A stretch of DNA of 64,000 nucleotides, from positions 52,784 to 116,783 of the forward strand of contig CAZXDT010000001.1 in assembly GCA_964639295.1 (NCBI GenBank), in the 5' to 3' direction. The stretch is from an uncultured Candidatus Saccharibacteria bacterium (GTDB lineage: Bacteria; Patescibacteriota; Saccharimonadia; Saccharimonadales; JALRHH01). The notes under the pieces are model-generated. The model was not told where the DNA came from, made no database searches, and saw only the letters and a program-made list of their open reading frames with translations. Below, piece after piece: positions 63,149-64,000 of this stretch. The stretch's first letter is position 1. Each line of letters opens with the position of its first letter. The translations under genes were made by a program, and so were the position numbers.

Positions 63149-63613
63149 TTAGCTGTTGTGGTGGTAGGGGTGGCCCTTCTGGACCATAAACGTTCTATAT
63201 ATCTGTTCAAGTAACATCACACGGATTAATTGGTGTGGAAAAACAAGCTGAGAAAATGACCAAACAAACTGAGCTCGCTCCCGTAATGTATCGGTAACAC
63301 CGAACGCACCACCAATTACAAAGACGAGTCTTCCTTGGCTGCCAGCTAATCTCTCAAATGTTTCTGCAAACTGCTCATTTGTTTGTTGTTGGCCACGTTC
63401 ATCTAGCAATATAACAGTGTCATTCTGTTTGAGCTGAGCTTGAATTTGCTCGCTGTCCTGAGTTCTGGCTTGATGAATGTCTATCGCCCGTGAAGCAGGC
63501 AGCAATTTCCAAGTCACCCCAGCCACTGGCTGTAATCGTCGTTCGTATGTGTTTTGTAAACTCGCAAGTTCGGGTGACGACTCTTTGCCGACCGCAATAA
63601 TATATATTTGCAT
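63149..63613 (-). CDS. rlmH: 23S rRNA pseudouridine-1915 N3-methyltransferase
   Basis: AVGK, LDERG, IGGAFG, FPHQL..EQIYR, HPYH. Confidence 0.95.
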   Translation of the reverse strand: MQIYIIAVGKESSPELASLQNTYERRLQPVAGVTWKLLPASRAIDIHQARTQDSEQIQAQLKQNDTVILLDERGQQQTNEQFAETFERLAGSQGRLVFVIGGAFGVTDTLRERAQFVWSFSQLVFPHQLIRVMLLEQIYRTFMVQKGHPYHHNS

Positions 63614-63708
63614 ACCCATAGTGTACCAGCGAGATATGTCACTGCGTAAAAGATCAATACTATGTACTATATCTACACTTATCAACATAAGTGAAAAGTG
63701 GGGTGCAT

Positions 63709-63972
63709 ATGAACATTTTATTATGGATTATATTCGGTGCTTTGGCGGGCTGGATCGCGTCAATTATTATGCGAACCAACGCAGATCAGGGTGCTATTGG
63801 TAACATTATTGTCGGGATAATTGGTGCATTTATAGGTGGAATGGTCTCAAATTCTCTCGGTGGCCCTGACGTTACCGGGTTCAACCTAACAAGCTTACTA
63901 GTGGCTATTGTTGGGGCGGTAATTCTGTTATTTATTGTTCGTCTGTTTACTGGCGGCCGTCGTGTATCGTAA
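63709..63972 (+). CDS. GlsB/YeaQ/YmgE family membrane protein
   Basis: GALAGWIAS, NIIVGIIGAFIGG. Confidence 0.9.
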   Translation: MNILLWIIFGALAGWIASIIMRTNADQGAIGNIIVGIIGAFIGGMVSNSLGGPDVTGFNLTSLLVAIVGAVILLFIVRLFTGGRRVS

Positions 63973-64000
63973 GCAGTAACTTCAGGCTACACAAAGACTC

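Overview
Bacterial chromosome segment of about 45% GC. Gene content and style suggest Candidatus Saccharibacteria (TM7, Patescibacteria/CPR); this is an inference. Core genes include nrnA-like DHH, cysS, a UvrD-nuclease fusion, a complete F1Fo atp operon (with two orphan ORFs wedged inside), smpB, rlmH, ABC-F, two two-component systems, tRNA-Gln(TTG) and tRNA-Asn(GTT). Main observation: both tRNAs are followed by arrays of mostly single, unrelated accessory genes separated by a recurrent ~70-bp element. The element consists of a degenerate tRNA 3' end (GTTCG...GGAGCCA), a TAAGCA motif and a terminator hairpin, sometimes followed by a -10 box. Its left and right halves occur in all four combinations around the GGAGCCA core, which suggests an integron-like, tRNA-end-based cassette system with no integrase in the window. 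Also notable: the intact tRNA-Gln is nested inside a hairpin-interrupted copy of itself, a 160-nt rod hairpin sits in the smpB leader, an alpha/beta hydrolase is followed by an in-frame spare C-terminus, and promoter architecture looks leaderless throughout. All functional calls come from motif recognition by eye; no database search was run.
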